Assembly: GCA_964598645.1 (NCBI GenBank)
Contig: CAZRCS010000002.1
Coordinates: 1-37,723, forward strand
Length of the DNA: 37,723 nt
Direction of reading: 5' to 3'
Source of the DNA: an uncultured bacterium
GTDB lineage: Bacteria > Fermentibacterota > Fermentibacteria > Fermentibacterales > JCC-6
In this document: positions 27,840 through 36,447 of the stretch, one piece after another
Layout of the letters: every line of letters starts with the position of its first letter
Numbering within the stretch: the first letter of the stretch is position 1
Translations under genes and position numbers: made by a program
The notes under the pieces: model-generated
Told to the model about the DNA's origin: nothing
Database searches by the model: none
The model's input: only the letters and a program-made list of their open reading frames with translations

Positions 27840-28529
27840 TCAAGCTTCCCCCGGGGCAAACTCGATTATCCGATCCCAGTCGTGCGCAGATCTCCTGAAA
27901 AAGCTGACTCCGGTATCTGCTATGTGCACTTTCTCCACCTCCTGGGTGCAAGGCAGAATCACCACGGAACTCCTTACAGCAGAAAGCACAAGATCGATCT
28001 CAGCAAGCCAGTCAGACTTTTCCGCTTCCTGCCCCACGGCAACACAACGCGCAAGGACCTCTGCATCTCCCCGGGAAATCGAGCCCCCACACACCTCCGG
28101 ATACTTCCGGGATTTCTCCAGGATGGAGGGTAGTTGGGAGAGCTTCTCTGAAAGAGTAACGCCTATCCCGGGCAATCCGTTAACTGAAAACGCAGGGAAC
28201 AGAAACTCCCGCCTCTCCGAGATACCTCCGGTTTCCCTGGTTTTACCCTTAAGCACTTCATCATCATACTTACTTTTGAACCTGAGTATGGTGGAAGTGA
28301 ACTCATTTCTCACTGTTCTTTTAAGGACATGCACCGCAGCACTTACCCTCCAGAAAGGCAGGGCAGTCCCTTCTCCGTATCTTGCCCTCTGCTCGATGGA
28401 AATGGATTTCAAACCCGATTCCTCACCGAGCCAGCCGGCTCCGCAGTTGGAGCAGACGAATATAACATCGGTACCAAGCCCCCTGAGAAAGCTACCGCAT
28501 GAACCGCATACAAGCCTGGTTACCCTCAT
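27840..28529 (-). CDS. Zn-ribbon protein C of a three-gene paralogous set (soluble, 229 aa), function unknown
   Basis: N-terminal CGSC-N14-CSNC is followed by an LPFW motif, with no TM segment. The start forms an ATGA overlap with the stop of protein B. Confidence 0.6.
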   Translation of the reverse strand: MRVTRLVCGSCGSFLRGLGTDVIFVCSNCGAGWLGEESGLKSISIEQRARYGEGTALPFWRVSAAVHVLKRTVRNEFTSTILRFKSKYDDEVLKGKTRETGGISERREFLFPAFSVNGLPGIGVTLSEKLSQLPSILEKSRKYPEVCGGSISRGDAEVLARCVAVGQEAEKSDWLAEIDLVLSAVRSSVVILPCTQEVEKVHIADTGVSFFRRSAHDWDRIIEFAPGEA

Positions 28530-29566
28530 ACGTGGCTATCCGTTCCGGCATTCTTCCCTGCCATGTTCAGAAATCTCAGGGAAACAGCTCCCAGCCCCCA
28601 GAGAGAGAGAATGAAAAACATCAGCACAGGCCCCACCGAAAGAAATCCAGAGAAGATAACCAGCAGAATAAGAGGCAGCAGGCCAGCCCATATGCTTCCC
28701 AGTATTCCGGTAACTTTTTTCCAGTGTTCGTAATCTGCGGGGAAAGTTCCCCTGAGAACTTCTCCACTCACCCCGTCTACTACTATTCTGAAGCGTTTAC
28801 TTCCAAGAGAATAGTCAACCGTCCACAGGGGATAATGAATCAACCGCTCTCTGGAACCTGTTACAGCCAGGTACATTGAACGCTGTTCAAGACCGACTCC
28901 CACACCTTCACAGAGCCTTGAAACATACTCTTCGGATTCAAAACGGGCCTGGGCAATGGATACAGCCGGATCCACAACATGAGCTTCCGCAGGAAGATGC
29001 TCCGAGTCGAATACCTTCAGAGGAAGTCTGGAACCAGACCTGCCCAGAGCCATTCCTGACAGGGCCATCTGTGAATTTTTCCCCAGTGAAGGTATCCCCA
29101 GAGGTTCCAGGTTGGCGGCACTGACGATCATGTCAATCTCATTGCTGATCTGGTGCTCTTCTGCCCTGATGCCCTTCCTCTGCTTGATGGTCCTCACAAT
29201 TGATGTCTGCCCGCCACCGCCGTCGTTCTCGGCAAAGGTTTTTATCTGCCTTTCCTTGAACACAGGTTTCACACCGAAAACATAGCCGTCCACCCTGCAT
29301 GAGATAAGCCAGAATGGTACGTATGCCAGGAAGGGCTTACCAACCCTGCACCGGCTGAAAACCCCCCTGGATACTTCTTCAAGCTTCCTTCCAACCGACC
29401 GGATTACCCCGGTGGCACCGGTTTCGGATTCAATAATGTAGCGTTTAACGATGCCTTGAAGCAAAAGCGGCGTATCACAGTGTGAACACCTGGTATTGGT
29501 ATTTCCCTCACTGGTTTTCAAAAGTCCCCCGCATGAGGGACATTGCAGGGTAAGAAGATCACTCAT
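28526..29566 (-). CDS. Zn-ribbon protein B (346 aa, C-terminal 2-TM hairpin), function unknown
   Basis: N-terminal CPSC-N14-CSHC; two W-motif modules (YVPFWLIS and IHYPLWTVDY...VVDGVSGEVLRG); C-terminal helices ILGSIWAGLLPLILLVIFSGF and PVLMFFILSLWGLGAVSL. The ATG at 29566 overlaps the protein A stop by 8 nt, whereas the longer ORF to 29773 would overlap A by more than 200 nt. Confidence 0.6.
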   Translation of the reverse strand: MSDLLTLQCPSCGGLLKTSEGNTNTRCSHCDTPLLLQGIVKRYIIESETGATGVIRSVGRKLEEVSRGVFSRCRVGKPFLAYVPFWLISCRVDGYVFGVKPVFKERQIKTFAENDGGGGQTSIVRTIKQRKGIRAEEHQISNEIDMIVSAANLEPLGIPSLGKNSQMALSGMALGRSGSRLPLKVFDSEHLPAEAHVVDPAVSIAQARFESEEYVSRLCEGVGVGLEQRSMYLAVTGSRERLIHYPLWTVDYSLGSKRFRIVVDGVSGEVLRGTFPADYEHWKKVTGILGSIWAGLLPLILLVIFSGFLSVGPVLMFFILSLWGLGAVSLRFLNMAGKNAGTDSHV

Positions 29567-30203
29567 GGGTTTTCCTGCGTAGTCTGTTCCAGATATCCGG
29601 GGCATATACCGCAGCGGCCATTCCCAGAACAGACGCCCAGAATATGGAAATGTTCCTGAGAAGGAAAAAAACCAGAAGAGCTGGAAGAACTCCAAGGCCG
29701 AATGCCCTGAAGGCCCAGTAAAAAGGATCGAACTTCCTGGAAGACTCCGGAGAGTCACCCAGGATCTTGCCACTCACCGCATCTACTATGGATCCCTGAC
29801 CGGATGAAGAATCTATGAGAACCCAGAATGGATGATAAATGACACCCTGTTCTCCGATCAGGTCGGGGTCTACAGGTATTACTTTACCCTGGGCTGACTG
29901 CTCATCCCATATGCGTCTGTCTGCAGCGGGAGGCACGTATTTCTCCATCTCCGGATATGGCTGGGTAAAAACGGATGAAAGATCTTCAGGATCGTAGGGA
30001 AACCAATAGATAGATGCAGAAGCAACCCCACCAACAGGGAAAAGCCGAATGGCATCCTGCTTCGAAAGAACCGGTCGATGAAGATAGCTTTGACCGGTAA
30101 AACCCGTAATTATGGCCCTTGCTCCGCAGTACGAACAGTTCGCATAGGCATCCGGGGAGGTTACCGCGATGAAAGCTCCGCATTGTGTGCACTTAAGTTT
30201 CAT
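29559..30203 (-). CDS. Zn-ribbon protein A (214 aa, C-terminal 2-TM hairpin), function unknown
   Basis: N-terminal CTQC-N14-CSYC; IYWFPY and IYHPFWVLI...IVDAVSGKILGD motifs; C-terminal helices FGLGVLPALLVFFLL and IFWASVLGMAAAVYA. GGAGGA lies 7 nt upstream of the ATG. Confidence 0.6.
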   Translation of the reverse strand: MKLKCTQCGAFIAVTSPDAYANCSYCGARAIITGFTGQSYLHRPVLSKQDAIRLFPVGGVASASIYWFPYDPEDLSSVFTQPYPEMEKYVPPAADRRIWDEQSAQGKVIPVDPDLIGEQGVIYHPFWVLIDSSSGQGSIVDAVSGKILGDSPESSRKFDPFYWAFRAFGLGVLPALLVFFLLRNISIFWASVLGMAAAVYAPDIWNRLRRKTHE

Positions 30204-30231
30204 CGCAGAATCCTCCCCGCTCTTTGCCCTG

Positions 30232-32409
30232 TTATTCCCCTGCTACTATAACCCTTGAAGTAACCACCCCTGAACCTGTCTCAAGCCTCACGAAGTGAAC
30301 CCCTGAAGGCACCCCTGAGGTGTTCCAGAGAACGTTGTCTGAACCGCTCTCTGAAATGGAGGCAGACAGGTCGGCTATGGTTCTTCCGGACAGATCGAAA
30401 ACCTTCAGTGATGCTCCTGCAAGGTCACAAGGCGTAATGAAAACCGGTATCACTGCTGTGTCAGTCACAGGATTGGGGGTTACAAGACCCAGGGTGGATA
30501 CCGCCGGGGAAACCCCCTGGGAAAAGTCCTCTGCTGAAGACCCGCTGACCATGGCCTGCACAGGCTCTGAAGGCCATCCAGGTCCGAAGGAATCATCCAC
30601 GGCCCATACCCTGAACCAGTGCTCGCCGTCGGCAACTCCGGTAACCGTATGCTGGGAAGATGCGATCTCATCTGCCTGAATACAGTTGGAATCCCATACA
30701 TCCAGTTTGATGTCGTCAATATAGAGTTTGCAGGAGGAGCTGCTTCCGTAACTCTCCCACCGGAACATCAGTGTTTCACCCTGGAACTCGTCCAGTTCAT
30801 GCACGTTGAACCGCCAGGTCATGTCATTCCTGCCGAAGGTCTGCAGGTAGTACCAGTTTGCTCCGGCGTCGGGACTGTATGAGAAAGCTCCCTGACAACT
30901 TTCAGGAGTGATGTTCTGCATTGACCAGAAGCTTATCCTTGCTCCGCCTCCGGCGGGAACCGTTACGGTTTCCTGCCATGTCATGGATCCGGTGCCGTTT
31001 GAAACGTAGCATTGAGGCGAGCTGTGATACTGGGCAGAGGTCATTATCCAGTTGACCCTGTCGAAGGGACCGCTGTCGCCGGAATCATCAAGGAGCACCT
31101 GATAACCGTCGAGTCTCTGAAGGGTGTAGTAGTCTGCGTCGGCAGCGTCGCTCCAGTCCACTGTAAAGGGAGGTGTTACAGAACCTATGGCATCCACAAC
31201 AGGCACACCGGGTTCATGGGGATCGTAGGGGCACCCGGCAAGACACGCCGTTACCAGATAGCTTCTGAGGTTACGGCGGGAAAGCTTGACCACCTCGGTT
31301 GCAGAGGGCCAGAAACCCGCAAAAGACGCACCTGTTTCATGGTTCCAGCTCATGGCACCGTAAAGGGCATATGAGTGGTCTCTGGTGTTTCCCGAAGCAT
31401 AGTAGAACTGTGCTGATGGATAGTGATCCTCTCCGGTTCCCCAGAGAACCATCATATCGCCCTGGGTCTGATACTGGGCAGCGTGGGTAGTCGGATCATC
31501 GGTCCAGCCCCAGGGATAGATCAGAGCATTGGAATAGCAATGGGTGGAGTGCATCTGGTCAGGCTCGTGGGTCTGCCAGAACGTATCGATATTCGATGAC
31601 TCAGGCTCTGAAAGAGGGCCGGTTCCCCTGTAGGTTTCAGAAGAAGGATCACCGCTGGAACCTGAACCGCCCCAGGCCACGGACCAGTTCCTGTTCAGAT
31701 CTATTCCATTTCCTCCGGCGGAGAGATTCCGGTTCTTCCTGTGCATGCCGCCGCCGCCGGGGGATGTGGTTTCGTTATAAACCCAGCCGTCCACATTGTT
31801 GCATGGAAGACACCATATCTCGCGATTCTCAAGGAGCCAGGTAGCCTGGTATCCGCAGTAGCCGTTCCTCTGATAATTACTGCAGAGCCACATCATCCAG
31901 TAGCGGATGTTACGCATTGAAGCGCCTTCACGGGCATGTATGAGGCCGTCGTACCAGGCGTTGGCCATTGAGGGGTCATCGTCGTTGAAGCTGTTGTTGA
32001 CGGATAGTTTGACAACCCTCTGGGGCCGTCCTTCATAGGTATTGCCTATGGACTCCACGGATGTGATGGAAGGATTCGCTGCAACCAGAGAATCGATCCA
32101 GGCATCTATCTCGGCCCATGTGTAGAACCCCCCCATGGAACGGCTGCTGCCGTTCAAGGCCCTGTAATAGCCTTCCATATCAGCTATTCTCGTTTCAGCG
32201 GAAAGCCCGTTCTCCAGAAGCAGAGACCTCTCGTATGATCCTGCAACGAAGTCCACCGAGCCGTCCCTGTAAATCTGAACCACATCGAAACCCAGCCTGG
32301 CGAAAAGCTCCTGCTGGGAATCGGACAAAGGGTTGAAATTCATAAGAGAATAGATCTCCCCTGCAAACACAACCGCAGGTATCACAACCACTAAGAACAG
32401 ATATTTCAA
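30232..32409 (-). CDS. secreted M14 zinc carboxypeptidase with extra beta-rich domains and a T9SS-type C-terminal sorting domain
   Basis: M14 motifs are IHAREGAS (HxxE), DLNRNW and HCYSNALIYPWG. The C-terminal roughly 80 aa (...LKVFDLSGRTIADL...SGVHFVRLETGSG...) look like a Por secretion tail. The TTG start at 32409 lies 6 nt after a perfect GGAGG and is followed by the signal peptide KYLFLVVVIPAVVFA. Confidence 0.88.
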   Translation of the reverse strand: MKYLFLVVVIPAVVFAGEIYSLMNFNPLSDSQQELFARLGFDVVQIYRDGSVDFVAGSYERSLLLENGLSAETRIADMEGYYRALNGSSRSMGGFYTWAEIDAWIDSLVAANPSITSVESIGNTYEGRPQRVVKLSVNNSFNDDDPSMANAWYDGLIHAREGASMRNIRYWMMWLCSNYQRNGYCGYQATWLLENREIWCLPCNNVDGWVYNETTSPGGGGMHRKNRNLSAGGNGIDLNRNWSVAWGGSGSSGDPSSETYRGTGPLSEPESSNIDTFWQTHEPDQMHSTHCYSNALIYPWGWTDDPTTHAAQYQTQGDMMVLWGTGEDHYPSAQFYYASGNTRDHSYALYGAMSWNHETGASFAGFWPSATEVVKLSRRNLRSYLVTACLAGCPYDPHEPGVPVVDAIGSVTPPFTVDWSDAADADYYTLQRLDGYQVLLDDSGDSGPFDRVNWIMTSAQYHSSPQCYVSNGTGSMTWQETVTVPAGGGARISFWSMQNITPESCQGAFSYSPDAGANWYYLQTFGRNDMTWRFNVHELDEFQGETLMFRWESYGSSSSCKLYIDDIKLDVWDSNCIQADEIASSQHTVTGVADGEHWFRVWAVDDSFGPGWPSEPVQAMVSGSSAEDFSQGVSPAVSTLGLVTPNPVTDTAVIPVFITPCDLAGASLKVFDLSGRTIADLSASISESGSDNVLWNTSGVPSGVHFVRLETGSGVVTSRVIVAGE

Positions 32410-32557
32410 TGCATGCCTCCTGAATGAAAAATACGGGGTAATACAGGTTTTATAAATAATAAGCAAAGCAGATGCAATCGGATGAATAGGGCCGGAAGTC
32501 GCTGATTTTTGTATCTTTCCCAGGTAGGAACAAGTTTAAATCAATACGGAGGAAACC

Positions 32558-34561
32558 ATGAAAACCTTCAAGGAACAGATACGGCAGGGAATCCCAGGTG
32601 AGATGCCGCCCATGCCGAAATCGGAAGAAAATGTAAACAGAGCTCCCGCCAGACCGGATATCCTTACAAAGAACGAGAAAAAACTCGCCCTGAAAAATGC
32701 CCTCAGATACTTCCCGAAGGAATGGCATGAAACCCTCGCCCCTGAGTTTGCAGAAGAGCTGAAAAGAACCGGCAGGATCTACATGTACAGATTCCGGCCA
32801 ACCTATGAAATGAAGGCAAGGGCCATTGAGGAGTATCCAGCTGAAACCTCCCAGGCTGCTGCGATCATGCTTATGATCCAGAACAACCTTGACAAGGAGG
32901 TTGCACAGCACCCTGAAGAACTTATAACATACGGCGGCAACGGTACCGTGTTTCAGAACTGGGCTCAATACCTGCTCACAATGAAGTACCTTTCGGAAAT
33001 GACAGAAGAACAGACACTGGTTCTTTACTCGGGACATCCCCTTGGTCTCTTCCCCTCCCACAAAGACGCTCCGAGAGTGGTTGTGACCAACGGCATGGTC
33101 ATACCAAACTACTCGAGCCAGAACGACTACACGAAGATGGCTGCTCTGGGCGTAACAAGTTACGGTCAGATGACAGCAGGCAGCTTCATGTACATAGGTC
33201 CCCAGGGAATAGTACATGGAACTACGATCACCCTTCTCAACGCAGGCAGAAAGTATCTGAAAACCGGTGAGGCCGGCCTTGAGGGAAAAGTATTCGTAAC
33301 AAGCGGACTGGGCGGCATGAGCGGTGCCCAGGCAAAGGCTGCTGTTATTGCCGGCGCTGTGGGAGTTGTTGCAGAGGTCAACCCCAAGGCCCTGAATACC
33401 AGATACGAGCAGGGCTGGCTCCAGGAGGTGGAGGAAGACCTTGACAGGGCGGTAGCCAGGATAAGAAGAGCCAAGAAGGAAGGCAAACCCCTTTCACTTG
33501 GATTCCTTGGCAACATAGTCGATCTATGGGAAAAACTCGTGGATGAAAACGTTCAGATCGAACTTGGAAGTGACCAGACAAGCCTTCATAATCCCTGGAT
33601 GGGCGGTTACTATCCTGCGGGGCTTTCACTTGAAGAGAGCAACCGCATGATGGTGGAGGAACCTGAGAAGTTCAAGGAAAAAGTAAGGGAATCCCTGAGA
33701 AGGCACGTGAAGGCTGTAAACACCATGTGTCAGCGGGGAATGCACTTCTGGGACTACGGAAATGCATTCCTCCTCGAGGCCTCCAGGGCAGGTGCCGACG
33801 GGATACTGAAAGAAGACGGCACCTTCGCATATCCGTCATACGTTGAAGATATCATGGGCCCTGTCTGCTTTGATTACGGTTTCGGCCCCTTCAGATGGGT
33901 TTGCACATCGGGAGATCCCGATGACCTTAGAAAAACCGACAGAATCGCCGCAATGGTTCTGGAAAAAATGGCACAGGATGCCACCGATGAAAACAGGCAG
34001 CAGCTTCTGGATAACCTGCGGTGGATCCGCCACGCCGAAGAAAACCGTATGGTGGTTGGCTCTCAGGCTAGAATCCTCTACACCGACTGGGCAGGAAGAA
34101 TAGCAATAGCCACCGAATTCAATAGAGCGGTTTCCGAGGGAAGAGTATCCGCTCCCATAGTCCTTGGCAGAGACCACCATGACGTTTCCGGTACCGACAG
34201 CCCCTACAGGGAAACCGCCAACATAAGAGACGGCTCCATGTTCACGGCAGACATGGCAATTCAGAACGTAATAGGCGACTCCTTCAGGGGAGCCACCTGG
34301 GTAAGCATACACAACGGTGGCGGAGTCGGCTGGGGCGAGGTCATCAACGGCGGGTTCGGAATGCTCCTCGACGGTTCACAGGATGCTGGAAGAAGAGCAA
34401 AATCCATGCTAAGCTGGGACGTGGGCAACGGTCTTGCCAGAAGAAGCTGGGCAAGGAACGACGGTGCTATCTGGGCGATAAAACAGGCAATGCAGGCTGA
34501 GCCCCTAATGAAGGTAACCATTCCTGAAATAGCCGACGATGAAGTTCTGAACCAGTTCTGA
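32558..34561 (+). CDS. hutU: urocanate hydratase (long ~670-aa form)
   Basis: ELITYGGNG, MTAGSFMYIGPQGIVHGT, GLGGMSGAQ and IHNGGGVGWG motifs are present. GGAGGA lies upstream of the ATG. Confidence 0.95.
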   Translation: MKTFKEQIRQGIPGEMPPMPKSEENVNRAPARPDILTKNEKKLALKNALRYFPKEWHETLAPEFAEELKRTGRIYMYRFRPTYEMKARAIEEYPAETSQAAAIMLMIQNNLDKEVAQHPEELITYGGNGTVFQNWAQYLLTMKYLSEMTEEQTLVLYSGHPLGLFPSHKDAPRVVVTNGMVIPNYSSQNDYTKMAALGVTSYGQMTAGSFMYIGPQGIVHGTTITLLNAGRKYLKTGEAGLEGKVFVTSGLGGMSGAQAKAAVIAGAVGVVAEVNPKALNTRYEQGWLQEVEEDLDRAVARIRRAKKEGKPLSLGFLGNIVDLWEKLVDENVQIELGSDQTSLHNPWMGGYYPAGLSLEESNRMMVEEPEKFKEKVRESLRRHVKAVNTMCQRGMHFWDYGNAFLLEASRAGADGILKEDGTFAYPSYVEDIMGPVCFDYGFGPFRWVCTSGDPDDLRKTDRIAAMVLEKMAQDATDENRQQLLDNLRWIRHAEENRMVVGSQARILYTDWAGRIAIATEFNRAVSEGRVSAPIVLGRDHHDVSGTDSPYRETANIRDGSMFTADMAIQNVIGDSFRGATWVSIHNGGGVGWGEVINGGFGMLLDGSQDAGRRAKSMLSWDVGNGLARRSWARNDGAIWAIKQAMQAEPLMKVTIPEIADDEVLNQF

Positions 34562-34578
34562 ACAAACAGACAAATACT

Positions 34579-34610
34579 CCCCCGGAATGCGAGAAGGTTC
34601 CGGGGGTTTT
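34579..34610 (+). terminator. intrinsic terminator downstream of hutU
   Basis: A 9-bp stem (CCCCCGGAA / TTCCGGGGG) with a 10-nt loop is followed by TTTT. Confidence 0.65.
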
Positions 34611-34695
34611 CCCGATTATCAGAAGGCAATATCCACAGAGGAGGAATGAGAAACTGTTAACCCGCTGTATTACACTTAGCAAGCCGCGTCAGTCT

Positions 34696-36039
34696 TTATT
34701 GCCAGACAATTATTGCTTCTCTATTCAGAGTATGAAGCTGCAGTAATTGCTGAAGATATCTCCTGTTCTTTTGAGTAACTTCAGGCTCGAATTCATTATA
34801 TGCAAAAAAGGTAACAAGCCCGGGTATTGATTCAAGAATCGGTTCGCTATCATAGACAGGTCCACTCTGTGTTTCTGATAGCTGCCTGACAGCAAGCTTG
34901 ATAGCAATAGGGGTCTCTACTGCGATTTTCCCCTGGCTGTAACCCCACACTGCTGTTGCAGAAAAAATGCATAAGGCAGTTGCTATTTTTAAAATATTTT
35001 TAACTCTGAATTCTCTAAGTAATGCGAATAAATACTCAAAGAGACCAGCAGCAATAAGACAAAGACCAACAGAAGGCAGCCAAAGAAAAGTTTTCTGTAC
35101 CCAGACAAAAGGAAATGGAGCAAGAGAGACAATAGTAATAAAAGCGCCCATTCTGACAGTCTTAGGCAATCTTCCGGAAATTGCAGTAAGCACCAGCAGA
35201 GCAATGCCAACGCTACCAGTCACCAAATTAGCTGGAACGGAACCAGGAATTCCCCAATTAAACAAACAGGCCATTTTAACAAGGTAACCTGTACCGATTT
35301 CAGCAGGAACCACGAGGTTTGATGATATGAGCGGTTTTGTCAACATAAGAATGATAAACAGCCCACCGCCCCCAAGCCATAGAAACCGTCCATCCTTGCA
35401 CACAGAAAGAAAGTCTCTACCCATAGCAATCCAGCACCAGCCAAAAGACAGGGCTAGATATGGTAATGATGTTTCTTTTGCAAAAGAACCCACAGCAGCC
35501 GTTATCAGGGCAAGTATGAGAAAGCGGTTTCTCGCCTTTGAAGAGCTGAAAGCTTTGTCACATAGCATAATCGTAACAAGAACGAAAATACCTATCAGTC
35601 TGTCATTTCTACCTGTAAAGGAAACAAATGAGAATGTCTGGGCGGGGTGGAGCGCCCACAAGGTCAGTGATAGAGCAGCAACAATCAGGCCAAATCTCTT
35701 CCTGAGCAGATATAGCAAAAGACCGAATGTAATCCACGACAGAATAAAATCGGTAAGATGATAAAACCTGTAATCATTGCCATATAGTGTGTAATCAGTG
35801 AGAAATGACATACTGTAAATAGGCCTTGTGAAACCATGCTGGATCGATTCAGTCAATGTCCATTCAACCGTATTCTTACCACTGAATACAAAAGGCATAA
35901 GGAACCGTGCAGTTGTTTCTGAGTCAAAAGGAACACCAAAAACAAACGAGTGTTGAAGAACTGTGATTGCCGGGTATAACAGCATCAGTATCAGCACAAA
36001 ATACTTATGTTGAAAGCGACTCAAGTGACCTGGCTCCAT
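34696..36039 (-). CDS. polytopic membrane protein, GT-C-fold glycosyltransferase-like (GT39/GT83/TMTC-type N-terminal module, no TPR tail)
   Basis: There are more than 10 hydrophobic helices. The first-loop region has an acidic motif (FDSE) followed by RPIYSMSFLTDYTLYGNDYRFYHLTDFIL, which resembles the RP..lSf..dy...G..p..yH motif of PMT/TMTC-like enzymes. The ATG at 36039 is preceded by GGAAGGA. The ORF is open up to 36165. Confidence 0.5.
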   Translation of the reverse strand: MEPGHLSRFQHKYFVLILMLLYPAITVLQHSFVFGVPFDSETTARFLMPFVFSGKNTVEWTLTESIQHGFTRPIYSMSFLTDYTLYGNDYRFYHLTDFILSWITFGLLLYLLRKRFGLIVAALSLTLWALHPAQTFSFVSFTGRNDRLIGIFVLVTIMLCDKAFSSSKARNRFLILALITAAVGSFAKETSLPYLALSFGWCWIAMGRDFLSVCKDGRFLWLGGGGLFIILMLTKPLISSNLVVPAEIGTGYLVKMACLFNWGIPGSVPANLVTGSVGIALLVLTAISGRLPKTVRMGAFITIVSLAPFPFVWVQKTFLWLPSVGLCLIAAGLFEYLFALLREFRVKNILKIATALCIFSATAVWGYSQGKIAVETPIAIKLAVRQLSETQSGPVYDSEPILESIPGLVTFFAYNEFEPEVTQKNRRYLQQLLQLHTLNREAIIVWQ

Positions 36040-36447
36040 CGTTCCTTCCAGTTTCCAGAAGAGTTCCGAGATTGAAAAACACATGCATACATTGCTCTGC
36101 CCTGACCTTTGGTCAAGACGTTCTTCAATTCCGGAACCGGTGATCTGAAGCCGGAAGAGCTGCACGCAAGGGAGCGGAGCGGTTAAACCTTAGTTCGATT
36201 ATCCTTCTGGGTAACTCCTTATTGTAAACACAATATGGAAAATATCAGACCTAGTCTCTTGAGAGCCCAGGGAGCGCCCAGCACGAACAAGATGGACACA
36301 GGTCGTGCTTTCCCACAGCTGGATTCCATTGAATCTCCCGCTTTTCTGCATTGACTCAGTACGTGAGATATCGGTGACATCTCATGATCCCAGTAGGTAC
36401 TCAGTTAGCATACTTGGAGTTTATTTACCGCTGGTAGCTTGAATTTC

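Noticed and set aside
27823-28614. 263-aa plus-strand ORF overlapping Zn-ribbon gene C
   Set aside because: Its product is Ser/Pro/Thr/Leu-rich and low-complexity, as is typical of antisense frames. It has no SD. The minus-strand frame has the conserved CxxC-N14-CxxC motif and an ATGA coupling to the upstream gene.
32450-33217. 255-aa minus-strand ORF
   Set aside because: It lies antisense to the unmistakable urocanase gene and has no recognisable motifs. It is a shadow ORF.
36040-36165. 42-codon upstream extension of the GT-C-like gene
   Set aside because: The extension (MQLFRLQITGSG...) is hydrophilic and has no SD, whereas the ATG at 36039 is preceded by GGAAGGA. I kept it as an alternative only.
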